The notes: generated by a model from the letters alone, not told the origin. A stretch of 64,000 nucleotides of DNA from Octopus vulgaris (GCA_951406725.2 OX597828.1:62434001-62498000); one strand, 5' to 3'; shown: positions 1 to 13,159, counted from the stretch's first letter. Made by a program: numbers and translations.

Positions 1-116
1 GAAGTAGGGATGTGATCTACAGAGGACCAGCTTCATTTTGATGTATGATACATGTTCCTGTGTTAGTAATTATAGCTGTCCTAAACAAAATGGCATTGCT
101 TTTTGACTCACCTTCG
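1..116 (+). mobile_element. Terminal fragment of a mariner-like DNA transposon
   Basis: Near reverse complement of 55775-55890, the end of the mariner remnant there; ends ...TTTTTGACTCACCTTCG followed by TA. Confidence 0.7.
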
Positions 117-134
117 TATTTAAGTCTGCAAGGG

Positions 135-330
135 TGGTTGGATTGGCAGAATTGCTGGGATGTTAAAAAATATGCCAAGTGCAATTTAATTCAGCTGTCT
201 ATGGTCTGAGTTCAAATTGTACCAAGGTTGCCTTTATCCTTCAGGGGTTGATAAAATACTGTACCAGTCAAATACTAGGGCTGATGGTATTCACCTGCTT
301 TCCCCTCAAAACTTTTAGCATTCTGCCTCA
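135..330 (+). mobile_element. SINE family 2 (GAGCTGGCAGAA head), diverged copy
   Basis: TGGCAGAATTG...TCTGAGTTCAAATT...GCCTTTATCCTTCAGGGGTTGATAAA, shared with many copies in the window. Confidence 0.65.
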
Positions 331-437
331 ATTACAGATGGTCATTTAAGACTGAAGAATCCTGAATCTCAAACTTTGCAACTTGGTGACACAGTGGAAA
401 CCAAGCAATAAACTAACTACTTCTTGCATTCTTCACA

Positions 438-690
438 TGGAAGGTAAAAAAAAAGAAGAGAAAAAAACTATTGGTACTTTTCATGAGTGGTAAAAAAACA
501 AATAGTTCTCTTATATCTGGAAATTATAAATATACTGGCACTGTTTGTATGGAAGACAAAAAGTTATTGGCACTCTTTCTTTGGGAGGCAAAAAAAACAA
601 AACATATGAGAGGTTAAAAAAAAAAAACTAATGCCACTCTTCAAATGGGAGGTAAGAAAGTATGAGCAGTGTTCAATGGAAGGTTGAACA
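438..690. repeat. Degenerate A-rich tandem repeat, unit about 25-45 bp
   Basis: Recurrent GGRAGGT-A(n)-CTATTGGCACTCTT-like units, about 7-8 copies. Confidence 0.5.
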
Positions 691-1197
691 AAACGTGTTT
701 TAAAAGATATTTATTAAAAAAATAGAGAAGATTATAATTTGTTTTAATAAATTATATTTGTAGATAAATTTATGAAGAACAAGTTTACACAGATACTTGA
801 GGATTAGAATGGATTATATAAAGCCTTTAAATTATAATATTAAGAATCTATGATGCACCTGTATACTATTTGCAATACTGCAGTGCACTGTCTGAGGTAA
901 AGTAAGATTGAAAGATTTAGCTTCTATTTCTAACAAATTAAACAACACATGGAGGTTTCAGGATACTGGGTCTCAAAGAGTGTCACCATTATGCCACAAT
1001 CAGTAGAATGTGATAAACACACACTCTGCAGTGTTCAAGTTAAGTCACTTTCTATTCCAGGTTCAACTTCTGGGGTCAATGAAAGACAGAATGAACCAAA
1101 AGGGATTTCAGCGATGAAACCTTTCTCACAAATTCCTTCTTATTTTTCTATAAAAGAGATTATTAATTTAAAAAATTAAAAAATTATTATTATTATT

Positions 1198-1711
1198 GAG
1201 TGAGAGAGCAGCGCATGCCATCAAAATGACACTAGGGTACAAATATACGAAGCCTTATATACCCATCATGACTACCCATCTGATAAGGGTACACCAGGCA
1301 CATGCATCACAACCATATGTGCGCGACATGGTGATCTCATATCAAGATAACAGCGCATGACCTTGCAGGTGGGGACCAGTTAGAATTTTCTTCTGGTCGA
1401 GTAACCCATCCCGCTCAAAAGGTCCCTGAATAAGGGTTGTTTAAGGATGTTGAACAAACCACCCATATTTCCAGAGGTGAATTATTCAAACCCCAAAGAA
1501 TCCCTCTCAACACATAGCTATGATGCTCCCCCACTACTTCTGCTTGTGATCAGAGATGCACATATCATCAGCCACTAAGGGACATGCTCAACTGGTTACG
1601 GTCAAACAACTGACAAGCAAATCTGTGGTATTGAGCAGAATATTTGCTGTAGCCCATCTTTTATACCAAGACAAAACAATGTACATGATAACACTTCCAA
1701 TCAGTTAAGAT
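1198..1711 (-). mobile_element. 3' end of a non-LTR element with (AAT)n tail, inserted in a (TAA)n array
   Basis: Flanked by (ATT)n on both sides; its terminal ~85 bp recur in the opposite orientation at 4790-4890, ending CTCTCTCACTC(AAT)n. Confidence 0.6.
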
Positions 1712-1740
1712 ATTATTATTATTATTATTATTATTATATA

Positions 1741-1950
1741 GGAAGCGAGCTGGTAAAATCATTAGTGCGTTGGACAAAATGCTTAGCGATATTTTGCCCA
1801 TCGCTACATTCTGAGTTCAAATTCCGCCAAAGTTGACTTTGCCTTTCATCCTTTCAGGGTTAATAAATTAAGTACTAGTTGAATACTGGGGTCAATGTGA
1901 TCAACTCATCCCCTCCCCCCAATAGCTGCCCTTGTGTCAAAATTTGAAGC
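1741..1950 (+). mobile_element. SINE family 2, near full length
   Basis: GCGAGCTGG head, B-box-like GAGTTCAAATTCC, body TTGCCTTTCATCCTTTCAGGGT, (GTT)n tail. Confidence 0.75.
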
Positions 1951-1979
1951 CCTTGTTGTTGTTGTTGTTGTTATTACTG

Positions 1980-2345
1980 AGGGTGCTGCCTTCCAGTGTG
2001 TTTATCAAGTGGTTGACAGTGGCAAGACTGGTGAGACTGGATATGCTTTTCTAAGAAACTGGAAGATGGCACTTTCCCATGCTCTGGAGATGGCAGAGTA
2101 ATCCGGGATTTTTGTGTGGGTTTTACTCCAGATTACCCTAAACAAACTACCCCGCTATTTCAGATTCTATTTATTTCTCTCATTTCTGTTATATTTCCAT
2201 GTTATATCTTTCAATGTGGTAGTATTCTCCTTTGATTGCTGTTAACCCCACGTTTTTTTGTTTTTTTCTGTAATCTTTTTTTGTTGTAACTCATCCTTCG
2301 ATATTGTCCTCCATGTCTTGAGCCCTTGTGACCCATAAAATAAAT
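1980..2345 (+). mobile_element. Probable LINE 3' end (L1/Tx1-like)
   Basis: T-rich 3'UTR-like stretch ending CCCTTGTG...ATAAAATAAAT plus a simple-repeat tail; family assignment by recall only. Confidence 0.35.
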
Positions 2346-2520
2346 CATCATTATCATCGTTATTATTATTATTGTTAAGGAGGTGAGCTGACAGAATAAC
2401 CAAAGTCAACTGTGCTTTTCATTCTTTCAGGGTTGATAAAATGAAATAACAGTGAAATACTGGACTCAGCTGAACTACTTTCATTGAGGTTCAGTCATAT
2501 CAAGACCCTTCACAAGGTTT

Positions 2521-2570
<50 letters not shown>

Positions 2571-2606
2571 TATACATTATATATATATATACACACACAT
2601 ATACAT

Positions 2607-2642
<36 letters not shown>

Positions 2643-2829
2643 CACACATATATGACTGCTGTTGCTTAGTGAGTGGGATTGACTCAGTGCACAGCCTTTC
2701 CTCACTTTAAAAAAAAATCTTCTTGCACAGGCATTGCATGATAACAACATTGATTAAGCTTCGTGCAATGGCCATACTCGATAACGAGGGGGCAGTCACC
2801 ATATATACACATATACATATATATATACA

Positions 2830-2890
<61 letters not shown>

Positions 2891-2892
<2 letters not shown>

Positions 2893-3285
2893 TTTATTCT
2901 TTTACTTGTTTCAGTCATTTGACTGCGGCCATGCTGGAGCACCGCCTTTAGTCGAGCAAATCGACCCCGGGACTTATTCTTTGTAAGCCCAGTACTTATT
3001 CTATCGGTCTCTTTTGCCGAACCGCTAAGTGACGGGGACGTAAACACACCAGCATCGGTTGTCAAGCAATGCTAGGAGGACAAACACACACATGTATATA
3101 TATATATATATATACATTTATACGACGGGCTTCTTTCAGTTTCCGACTACCAAATCCACTCACAAGGCATTGGTCGGCCCGGGGCTATAGCAGAAGAAAC
3201 TTGCCCAAGGTGCCACGCAGTGGGACTGAACCCGGAACCATGTGGTTGGTTAGCAAGCTACTTACCACACAGCCACTCCTGCGCC
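2891..3285 (-). mobile_element. tRNA-derived SINE family 1, full length and young
   Basis: Reverse complement starts GGCGCAGGAGTGGCTGTGTGGTAAG (A box) and has GGGTTCAGTCCC (B box), an internal TA/TG microsatellite and the end GACTGAAACAAGTAAAAGA; highly similar to 61736-62165. Confidence 0.9.
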
Positions 3286-3312
3286 TATATATATATATAT
3301 ACATATATATAT

Positions 3313-3340
<28 letters not shown>

Positions 3341-3343
<3 letters not shown>

Positions 3344-4118
3344 GTGTAATAAATAAAATATATGCATACATACAAACATATATGTACGTACCGACATCTA
3401 CATGTATATATACATGCATATATAAATATATATACGTACAGGACACCACAAAAAGACGTAAAACTCAACAGAAACGGAAACGGAAAAGCCATTTTGTTAC
3501 AACAGAAGGACAGAGACGTGGAACAGGACGAGAACGAAAACGGGAAAAACATTATTTACAACAGAAAAACAAGGTACAGGACACAAGGAAAAATCCCCTT
3601 CATCAGCTGTCACTAGTAGACTTAAGCGTGTTTCAAAGGCAACACAGGACATGACTCGTCAATACTAGGCCTTCCTGCAAGAGAATTAAAATAAAATAAC
3701 CTCGCAGAGGGGTAAAACAAGCACGGAAAAAAATGTAACACAAACGGGACGTAACAATAGAACTGCACAATAAAATACAAGATAAAAATACAAAGTTAAA
3801 AATACATGTACAAGAAAATACAAAACGAGAAATCAAATAAACAAGAAAACAAACGAAAAAAACAAACTAAGGCCTTTGTTCTGGCTGGGACGAAAGAGGT
3901 ACTGGCGAGCGCGAGTTTTACGTCTTTTTGTGGTGTCCTGTACGTATATATATTTATATATGCATGTATATATACATGTAGATGTCGATATGTACATATA
4001 TGTTTGTATGTATGCATATATTTTATTTATTACACTATTGTCTGACAGCGCTTCGCGTCGTGGTTCGTTCGAATTTTCGCTTCGTTCTGTCTTCTTATCC
4101 TCCCAGTATTGTTTTATT
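3341..4118. mobile_element. Penelope-like terminal remnant with 126-bp inverted duplication, embedded in (TA)n
   Basis: 3341-3466 and 3913-4038 are reverse complements with 2 mismatches; CpG-rich relative to flanks; both ends abut (TA)n; GAAAC...CTGATGA boxes on the minus strand. Confidence 0.6.
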
Positions 4119-4148
4119 ATATATATATATATAGAGAGAGAGAGATGG

Positions 4149-4395
4149 AGAAGGCATGTGGCCTGGTGGTTAAGCTCTGGCACTCATGATTGCTACATTG
4201 TGGATTTGATTCCCTTATTGGGTGGTGTGTTGTGTTCTTGAACAAGACACTTCATTTCATGTTGCTCAAGTACCCACTTCAATCAGAGGGGAATGTTGGC
4301 CTGCTTGCCTAGTCATTTGTAGGCTAAAACCATGCAAAGTGCATTGTGATCAGCGATGTGTTACAACACCTGATAGCCTGGTTGATCATGTGATT
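4149..4395 (+). mobile_element. tRNA-derived SINE family 3 (CORE-like), diverged
   Basis: GAAGGCATGTGGCCTGGTGGTTAA head and TGTGTTCTTGAACAAGACACTT; related to 45169, 50269, 57391 and 24895 (minus). Confidence 0.65.
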
Positions 4396-5089
4396 TCTAT
4401 ATATATATATACATACAGTAGGCTTCTTCCAGTTTTCATCTACCAAATCCATTAACAAGGCTTTGATCGGCCCCAAAGCTGTAAGAATAGACACTTGCCC
4501 AAGGTGCGATGCAGTGGGACTGAACCTAGGACCATGTTGTTGAGAAGCAAACTTCTTACCACAAAGCCACATCTGCACCAACACATTTAAACATAAACAA
4601 TAAAACAATTAAAATTGAAAACAATAAACTTCCACAATAGGGTAGACAGTACCACTCAAGGTCAACAAACCATCAAGGACCACCAACCATTAAGGGTGCC
4701 ATAGGGAGTTGTCTCTCTCCCATGCATTCTCTCCAGTTACCAGCTTACCCACATGATGAAGGTCTGAAATTTGGAAGGAAGACTTCATCAGATGGGTAGT
4801 CATGATGGGTATACTGGGCTTCGTATATTTTATCCCAGTGTCACATTGATGGCATGCACTGCTCTCTCACTCAATAATAATAATAATAATTCAAACCTCA
4901 GGGGGACGACAAGCAAAGTTGACTTTGATGGGTCTTGAACTCTGAACAATCGAAGATTGTTACTAAATGCAACTGAGCATTTTGTTCAGTACTTGAATCC
5001 AATTCTGACCTTCCCTACTCTGAGGATACTAAAAATAATGAAAGGCAACACATTTGTACAAAGAGAGAGGACGAGAGAAAGATAGAGAG

Positions 5090-5345
5090 ACAGAAAGGTG
5101 CATGCAGTAAGAGAGAGACAGAGATAGAGAGGTGCAGTGAGAGAGACAGGGAGACATGAGAAGAGAGAGGTGCAATGAGAGAGATAGAGACATGGGGAAT
5201 AGAGAGGTGCAGTAGGAGAGACAGAGAGACATTGGTATAGAGAGGTGCAATGAGAGAGATAAAGAGACATGGGGAGAGAGAGGTGCAATGAGAGAGACAG
5301 GGAGACATGGGGAGAGAGAGGTGATGTAGTAAGAGAGATAAACAA
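5090..5345. repeat. Purine-rich minisatellite, unit about 37 bp, about 6 copies
   Basis: Repeated AGAGAGGTGCARTGAGAGAGAYAGRGAGACATGGGGA. Confidence 0.85.
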
Positions 5346-5959
5346 AAGGACAGCTATGTAAGAGGAAGACGGTGTAAGGGAAGACATTACCTCTTATGCT
5401 TGACTCATACTTTATTGTGTCCAACCCAGAATTACAAAAACAAAGATGGCTGCCATAATGACCCCCCCCCCTCCCAAAATAGAAAATCAAAATAAGTTTT
5501 CTGATTTAGGAACAAAATGAGAAATCTTGATAGAAGGAGTTTAATAGAAACCCTCAATCCTAGTACTTGACCAGGACTTTATTTTATTGACCCCTGGAAG
5601 GAATGAAAGGCAAACTTCACCTCAGTAGAATTCAAACACGGAACTGAGAGAGATGGGACAAAAAATTGACAAACCATTTTGTCCGACACTCTACCAATTC
5701 TGCCAGTCTCTGGCCATTTCTGCCCTTCCATAATTTCTTACAAAAGCACAAGGCCAGAAAAGTGGGTGAGTTGAGTGGGTGGGCAAGTGGGGTGTAAGAG
5801 TCCATGGAATTGAGCCCTGTCTATATAAGGAATTAGATGTGGAAGAGATGGTAGGGGTGGCCATAAGGGGACAGTGATTGATTAAGGGATTCCAGTACAC
5901 AAAAAAATCCCTCCTCCCCACCCCATCCCCAATAATCTTTCTGGTTTTCTTCAAGAAAG

Positions 5960-6245
5960 TTGCCTCTTTTTCTCTTCCCTCTTCTCTTTGTCTCTCATTT
6001 CTTTTATTGCACCACCACCACCTTCATCGCATAGCTTCTCTCTCTCTCTCTCTCTCTCTACTTCATCTCTCTCTTTCCGTGTATTTCCCTAGCTCTCCCT
6101 CTTGCTGCACCTCCCTCTTGTTCTTTCTCTCTCACTCCACTTTTCTGTCTCTCTCTCTCTAATTCTTTCCCTTCTCACTCTCTCTCTCTTCTCTCTCTCT
6201 CTCTCTCTCTCTGCCAACATACACCACCACCACCACCACCACCAT
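5960..6245. repeat. Polypyrimidine (TC)n tract followed by (CAC)n
   Basis: Directly visible low-complexity sequence. Confidence 0.85.
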
Positions 6246-7495
6246 CATTGCTGCTGTTGGTACACAGCAATGATTAAAAAGCAAGGGATGCTGGGATGGT
6301 TTGGCTGAGCTGATGGTGAGGTGGAGGGGAACTAAAAGTGCCTACTGTGCTAAGTCAAAGTGATGGCGTTGGTGGTGGTGGTGGTGGTGGTGGTCTACAG
6401 TAATGTTACAAACTGCTTGCCTGATGATATTGCTGGTGGTGGTAGTGAATGGGAGGGAGGGAGTGTGTGTGTGTGTTGGTGTAGGAATTAAGGAAGTAGG
6501 AAGACTGAATAAAGACAGAACATACCAAACTAGGAGCAAAAATGGCTAAAAGATGAACAGAATTCAAAACATTTGCTGGCAGCAGCAGCAACAACAACAA
6601 CAGAAACAAAGATTTCAAAGAAACTTTCTCCACATGTTAACTGGAATGAGAGAGAGCATTGTGTGTGTGTGCGTGTGTATAAAACTATACATGTGTGTAT
6701 ATTATATACATATATATATATATATACTCACACATATGTATTTTGTACTAATTTGAACCTTATGTGTGTAGTGATGTGTCTAGTCAGTCTGTGTGTTGGG
6801 TTTCATACATCCTTTTTGTCATATGACTAATGTGTGCGTTTGTGTGTGTGTGTGTGTGTGCATATATACATATATATTGTGTGTGTATGCATATATATAT
6901 GGATGCTATCAGCAAAACTGAAGTGGATGATAAGCAATTTCAATGTTTACACAACAACAACAGCAACAACAATGAACCAAGGAAGATTCCATGAGGTTGC
7001 TAAACAAGTTAGGAAAAATAATAGCAACCAAGGAAAGGGAAGTCCTATCGGCTTCTAAAAAGTTTGGATGATCATGGCTGGATTGCCTTTGATCATTGGT
7101 CTGCTTATTCAAGGTTGGCCTGGGGTTAAATGAAGTTAGTAATTCCAATACCAGCATCTGTGTGGATGAGATGAAGAGAGTGTGATAGTTGACCTGCTAG
7201 AAACAACAGCGAAATTGCCATTAAATCGTACTTTGTTTGTGTGTGTGTGTGTTGATAGATATGAAGAGTTGGCATGTGTATTTTATATGTTGTGCCTGTG
7301 TCTGTTGCACCCATACAACTTAACAACCGGTGTTGGTTTGCTTACATCCCTGTAACTTAGCAGTTTGGCAAGAGATACCAATAGAATAAGCACTAGGCTT
7401 ACAAAATTAAGTATCATGGTCAAGTTGCAGCTTTCACGGTAGTGCCCCAGCATGGTCGCATTCATAAGAGACGCATACACACATATATATGGATA

Positions 7496-7875
7496 TCATC
7501 ATCATTTAACGCCCATTGTGTTGGCATGGGTTGGACAGTTTGATTGGGCTGGTATGCTGGAAGGCTGCGCCAGGCTCCAGTCTGATTTGGCATGGTTTTC
7601 TACAGCTGGATCTCCTTCCTAAAGCCAACCACCCTGAGAGTGTAGTGGGTGCTTTTCCATGTTGACCGGCATGGGTGCCATTTGCATGACACCAATATCT
7701 GCCACAACTGTTATTTTGCTTGGCTTGATGGGTCTTCTTCTCAAGCAGGATATAATACCAGAGGTCTTGGTCATTGCCTTCCTCAGCCACCTGGCCTCCA
7801 TGAGGCCCCTTTTGAAAGGAACTCAGCCACCTCGCCTCCATGAGGCCCCATTTGAAAGGCACTCAGCCACCTCAC
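7496..7875 (-). mobile_element. RTE-type LINE 3' end with (GAT)n tail
   Basis: Reverse complement of the family end AACCCATGCCAGCATGGA...CGTTAAA(TGA)n; contains a ~38-bp tandem duplication at about 7780-7875. Confidence 0.75.
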
Positions 7876-8382
7876 CTCTGTATATATATTTTCCAGCAAT
7901 GGCTCTGATGAAAATAGCCTGAATTTTCTTTGGTCGTTCAATTTGCCTCAAATGATCATTAGACCAGTTGAGTAAACCTATCAGTAATGTACCTATAATA
8001 AATACTGGAAACAGCTCTAAGCCAAATTTACTCTAAGAAAGAAATTATATATAATAACCATTATTTTTTAACTTGCCTCATAGACATACATACAGGTATA
8101 CATGTGTGTGTGTGTGTGTAATTATTCTTAAACAAGAATATGATTGACAGTGATTTCGAAGGTTCAACCAACTAAACCATCATCTGGCTGGCTTGCTCAG
8201 AAAATTTTAACTAAACAGAGAGTATAGAAAGCCAGTTGGAACCCAAATGTATGACAATCCAGTGATGGCTTATCTGGCTAAAACTTCATGGTCCCTGTCA
8301 ATGATATTCTTCTTGTAGAATAATAAATCTGTTCTCTACCAAAAGTATTGAGTAATTCTTTAATTTAATGTAAAATTGTTTA

Positions 8383-8792
8383 GGCGTAGGAGTGGCTATG
8401 TGGTAAGTAGCTTGCTTACAAACTACATGGTTCCGGGTTCAGTCCCACTGCGTAGCACCTTGGGCAAGTGTATTCTGCTATAGCCTCAGGCCGACCAAAG
8501 CCTTGTGAGCAGATTTGGTAGACATAAACTGAAAGAAAGCCATCATATATATGTATATATATGTGTGTGTGTGTGCATGTGTATGTTTGTGTGTCTGTGT
8601 TTGTCCCCCCACCATCACTTGACAACCGATGCTGGTGTGTTTACGTCCCCCGTAACTTAGCAGTTCGGCAAAAGAGACCAATAGAAGAAATACTAGGCTT
8701 ACAAAAGAATAAGTCCTGAGGTCAATTTGCTCAACTAAAGGCAGTGCTTTAGCCTGGCCACAGTCAAATGACTGAAACAAGTAAAAGAATAA
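8383..8792 (+). mobile_element. tRNA-derived SINE family 1, full length
   Basis: GGCGTAGGAGTGGCTATGTGGTAAG through GACTGAAACAAGTAAAAGAAT. Confidence 0.9.
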
Positions 8793-9776
8793 ATATATAA
8801 TATATGTGTGTGCTTATATATATACTAGCATGACTGGATAGTAAGGCGTTTGCTTCCTAGCCACACGCAGCCCTGCTTGCACCTTGTATGTGCACCTGTA
8901 GATGTGTTAGTGTGTGTGTGGAGGCTTGCTATGATCTGCTGGAGCACCCCACCTCCCTCAGTAATACTCCAGCATGGTTCAGCTAATCATAGCAACCCCA
9001 CTGTTTCTGTATACTATTGATTTAATCAATCTCTATGGATCTGCTAAATTATGTTTAAGGTGTAAAGGGAGGTAATTAGGTAGAATAGCCATAAGCATAA
9101 ACTCTCATACACAACGACACACACATGCACACTTGCGTTTCAGTGTGTGTGTGTATTGGTGCATATCATTACAAGTTGGTATGTTTGTACATGTATATCT
9201 GTGTGTGTGTGTGTGTGTTCTTTGTATCTAGTTCTATCCACTTACACACACACACGCACACACACATATACAAGTGTAAAAACTCACCCACCCCTAAATA
9301 CACACACACACACACAATTGTAAGGAGATTAGCCATCTGTGTATGTAAAGGATAGTGTTGTGGTGTTTGTCTTCTAATATTGCCTGATAACAGAATTCTT
9401 GTTGATGTGTGAGGGTGAGAAACTAGTCCTCACTGGTCCTCGTTGGGTCGTGACTAGACAGGATCAAATTATTTTCACATACCAACTGTTTTGTTGTTTG
9501 TGTTGTTGTTGTTGTTGTTGTTGTTGGGCACAGTGTATCACGTTTCTGTTGAAATACTGAAGACAGGTGACATACCTGTATCAAATTTTACCTGAAACTT
9601 CCCCAACCCCACACCTACCGCCATAACAAAAAAGACATCTCATCAATAAGATATGTCGAAAAGCACAAAATGTTTGATATTATTAGGTTTGGCAATGCAA
9701 ACAGTGAAATATAACTGCTATGATAAATGTTGACACGTTAATGTCTTGCCCTTTGAATCACTCTTTTACCTGCCAA

Positions 9777-9990
9777 GAGGTGGCAGAATTGTTGGGGGGG
9801 GGGGTCAAGCAAAATGCTTAGCAGCATTTCATCTGTCTTCATGTTCTGGGTTCAAGTTCTGCCGAGGTCGACTGTGTCTTTCATCCTTTCAGGGTCGATA
9901 AAATGAGTACCAGTTATGCACTGGGGTCAATGTAATCAACTCATTCTCTCCCCTGAAATTGCTGGCCTTGTTCAAAATTTGAAATTATTA

Positions 9991-10021
<31 letters not shown>

Positions 10022-10190
10022 CCTACTACTACCATTTGTTATGTTGTGACTTCAGATGCCACTACAATCAACTTTGCTTTCATCTTTTTGGGGGGGTCAA
10101 TAAAATAGATACCAGTCAAATACTGGGTTCAGTGTAATTGATTTACCCTGCCCCTCAAGCACTGCTGGCCCTGTGTTACAGTTTGAAACT
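9777..10190 (+). mobile_element. Two SINE family 2 copies (second 5'-truncated), each with an (ATT)n tail
   Basis: TTTCATCCTTTCAGGGTCGATAAAATGAGTACC body at about 9880 and a diverged version at about 10080. Confidence 0.7.
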
Positions 10191-10206
10191 ATTATTATTA
10201 TTATTA

Positions 10207-11529
10207 CCATCTTTCAATTCTGTTTCCATTTCTTGCTGAGTGTCTTCCTGACACCTAGGGGAGAGAAACGTACTATATACATTTGTAGGCCATTAAAATA
10301 AACACACCAGATGGTTCATTAACAGAGTCATGTGATAGAGAAAAATAAAAGATAAAAAAGTAAAATAAAATAAAGGGGGAAAAGGAAAGAAAATTAACAT
10401 TGACAATACTCTTAATACGTGTGACGAACCAGTGAAGACAATCTTTTGTGCGTCCTGGTATTGTAACTGGTATTGTAACTGTCTTGAGATGCCTCATCTT
10501 TTTGATTTTGAATAGCAAATCTTTATATTTTATGAGCCTATCAAATTCTTTTACTGAGATATTATAGTCACAGGGTATGCTCATATCAATCAATAAACAG
10601 ACTTTCTTGTTTTGCTCTTTCACAACCATATCTGGTTTGTTTGCTGTTACGGTCTGGTCTGTACGTACTGGGATGTCCCAAAGAATAGTTACATTTTCTC
10701 CCTCAGTTACCACCTCAGGGTGGTGCTTATACCATTTGTCAGCAGTTTTGATTTTATGATGCCAACATTTTATCCAGTGTAGATATTGGCCAACTCTGTC
10801 ATGTCTTGATTTGTACTCTACAGGTGCTAAAACTGTACATCCAGAGATTAGGTGGTACACTGTTTCAATCCCATCATTGCAGTATTGACACTTTGGGTCT
10901 ACACCATTTTTCATTACATTGGTTTCATAGTTCCGGGTCAAGAAGCTCTGATCATGAGCAGCTAAGATAAAGCCTTCACTCTCTGCCTTTAGCCCTGAGC
11001 TCTGTAGCCACTGATGGGTGTGTTTCTGGCCTACATTAGCTTGTTTGCTACTGGCTATATGCAAAGGTTTTTGTTCCCACCTATCAGCCAATTGTTAAAG
11101 CATATTTTGCTTTGCTATTGATTTCACCTTCTTTGCAACTACAGTTGCCACACTTCCATCGTGCTGTTTGATCTGGGTATTATGCATAAAGTCACTTGAA
11201 AATATTTTGCTCTCCTTCATAACAGAATGAAGCTTCTCATGTCTTTCATGGTTTTCAATAAGCTTTAGCATCCAATCGTTAGATGTTTCAAGATATTTTA
11301 CCAGTCCACTTGTGGTTTTGTAAAAGATTTCAAATTGGATCAATCTTCGACCTCCTTGAGTTCTGGGTAGGTAAAGATGATCAGCGTCTACTTTTGGGTG
11401 GTGCATCGTATTGCAAGTCAGCAGCTTACGGATTTTCCTGTCAATCTTCTTTATTTCGCTCATATTCCAGTTCAACACATTGAAACTGTAAATAACAACC
11501 GAGACTGTTAAGGAATTTGTAGCTAACAC
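10207..11529 (-). mobile_element. 5'-truncated R4/Dong-clade non-LTR retrotransposon (pseudogenised RT C-terminus, CCHC knuckle, restriction-like endonuclease)
   Basis: ORFs 11095-11529 (KIDRKIRKLL...LYLPRTQGG) and 10273-11091 (EGFILAAHDQ, CQYC...ETVYHLISGC, RHD, NKPD...LIDMSIP...KYKDL); (TTA)n on both sides. Confidence 0.9.
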
Positions 11530-12427
11530 TTATTATTATTATTAATAGTAATGCCACTTTGTGAGTACAATGTTTCTTTTCTTTCACATAAAAAGCACCA
11601 AGCCCATTCTACCCTCCTAATGCCAACCACTTTACAGTATGGACTGGGTGCTATAACATAGCAGGAGCACTTCTACATGGCTCCGGCACCAGCGCTTTTT
11701 ATGTGGCACTGGCACAAGTCCTTTTACATGGCACCAGCATCGACAAACCCACAAAACTAGGCTGAGAGACGGATGTAGAGGACTGCATGCTTGGCCAGCC
11801 ATGATTTTATTTAGCTTGATGTCTCTTCTCAAGCACAGCAAGCCACCAGACTGGTAGTATATAGGTAATGGGGCTTCAAAACGGGGTCTCAGGGAGTAGC
11901 GTCCCTGCCTTCATGAGCTAGTTTTCCACCACATTTCTTAAAAATCATGGTAGAGGCCTTGGTCTCGGGACCACTCCTGTCTAGAAACTGAGGTTGGGGG
12001 TAAGCAAGGGTATTGCTCTCAGTAGAAAATCCAGCTCCAAAAAAAAGTCTCATGATAGCAAAGGAGAATGGGCACCAGCCAACCCAAAGGTTGGGGTGGG
12101 CTGCACTTGCGTACTTTGGTTGCTATGGCTTTGAGGGAGATCCAGTCACCCAGATTTTAAACACTGGATGATGATGATGATGATGGTGGTAGTGGGGGGG
12201 GGGGTTATATACACATACGGTCAGTTTTCACTTAACACTGTCAATAGGTTTAGAAATTTGACTTTTCGACTTTTAATGAAACATCATCAAACACAAACAC
12301 TGACTGCTTTTGAAGGCAGCAGATTTTGTAAGAACTCACCACTCAACCATTTTGTTTTAGTAATTTATATATTTAACCCCTCTCGCTCCTCTACTTGTCT
12401 TCACTTATAATTGGCATTGAATACCAT

Positions 12428-12805
12428 TCTTTTACTTGTTTCAATCATTTGACTATGGCCAAGCTGGAGCACTGCCTTAAAGAGTTTTTTTAGTCGAGCA
12501 ATTTGACCCCAGGACTTATTTTTTTATGCTTGGTACTTATTCTATCAGTCTCTTTCGCCAGCTGCTAAGTTACAGAGACATAAACACACCAACACTGGTT
12601 GTCAAGCAGTGATGGGGAGACAAACACAGACACAAACACACACACATATACATGACAGGCTTCTTTCAGTTTCCATTTACCTCTCACAAGGTTTTGGTTG
12701 GCCTGAGGCTAATAGTAGAAGACACCTGCCCAAGGTGCCACACAGTGGAACTGAACCCAGAGCCTTGTGGTTAGGAAGCAAGCTTCTTATCACACAGCCG
12801 CAACT
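12428..12805 (-). mobile_element. tRNA-derived SINE family 1
   Basis: Colinear with 2891-3285. Confidence 0.85.
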
Positions 12806-13159
12806 GTTAAATAATCAGCAGAAAGACAAATTATTACAGGAAAATCATTAAAGAAAAGAAAAATTTTGAGTTCAGTTGATCCCAGAAAGATCAAACAAAT
12901 CCTGCTTCAGAAGAATATTAATTTATATCAGATAAATATGGATATGATATTAATTTATAATATACATTAATTTTATATTGATGAAATACAATTTTATGCT
13001 TTAATTTATGTTGAATTTGCTTGAAGTTTTGTCATAAGTTAAAAGAGTTTCAGGTCTATCAAGCTGGCAGAACACTGAAAAAGATGGTCTCTTTGATGAT
13101 GTTCAGGAAATAAATAAACAAATCAAATTACTGGAATTATCATCCATCATTTATTTATA

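Noticed and set aside
9666-9692. Resemblance to miR-190 (ATGTTTGATATTATTAGGTT)
   Set aside because: The seed region differs and there is no complementary arm to form a precursor.
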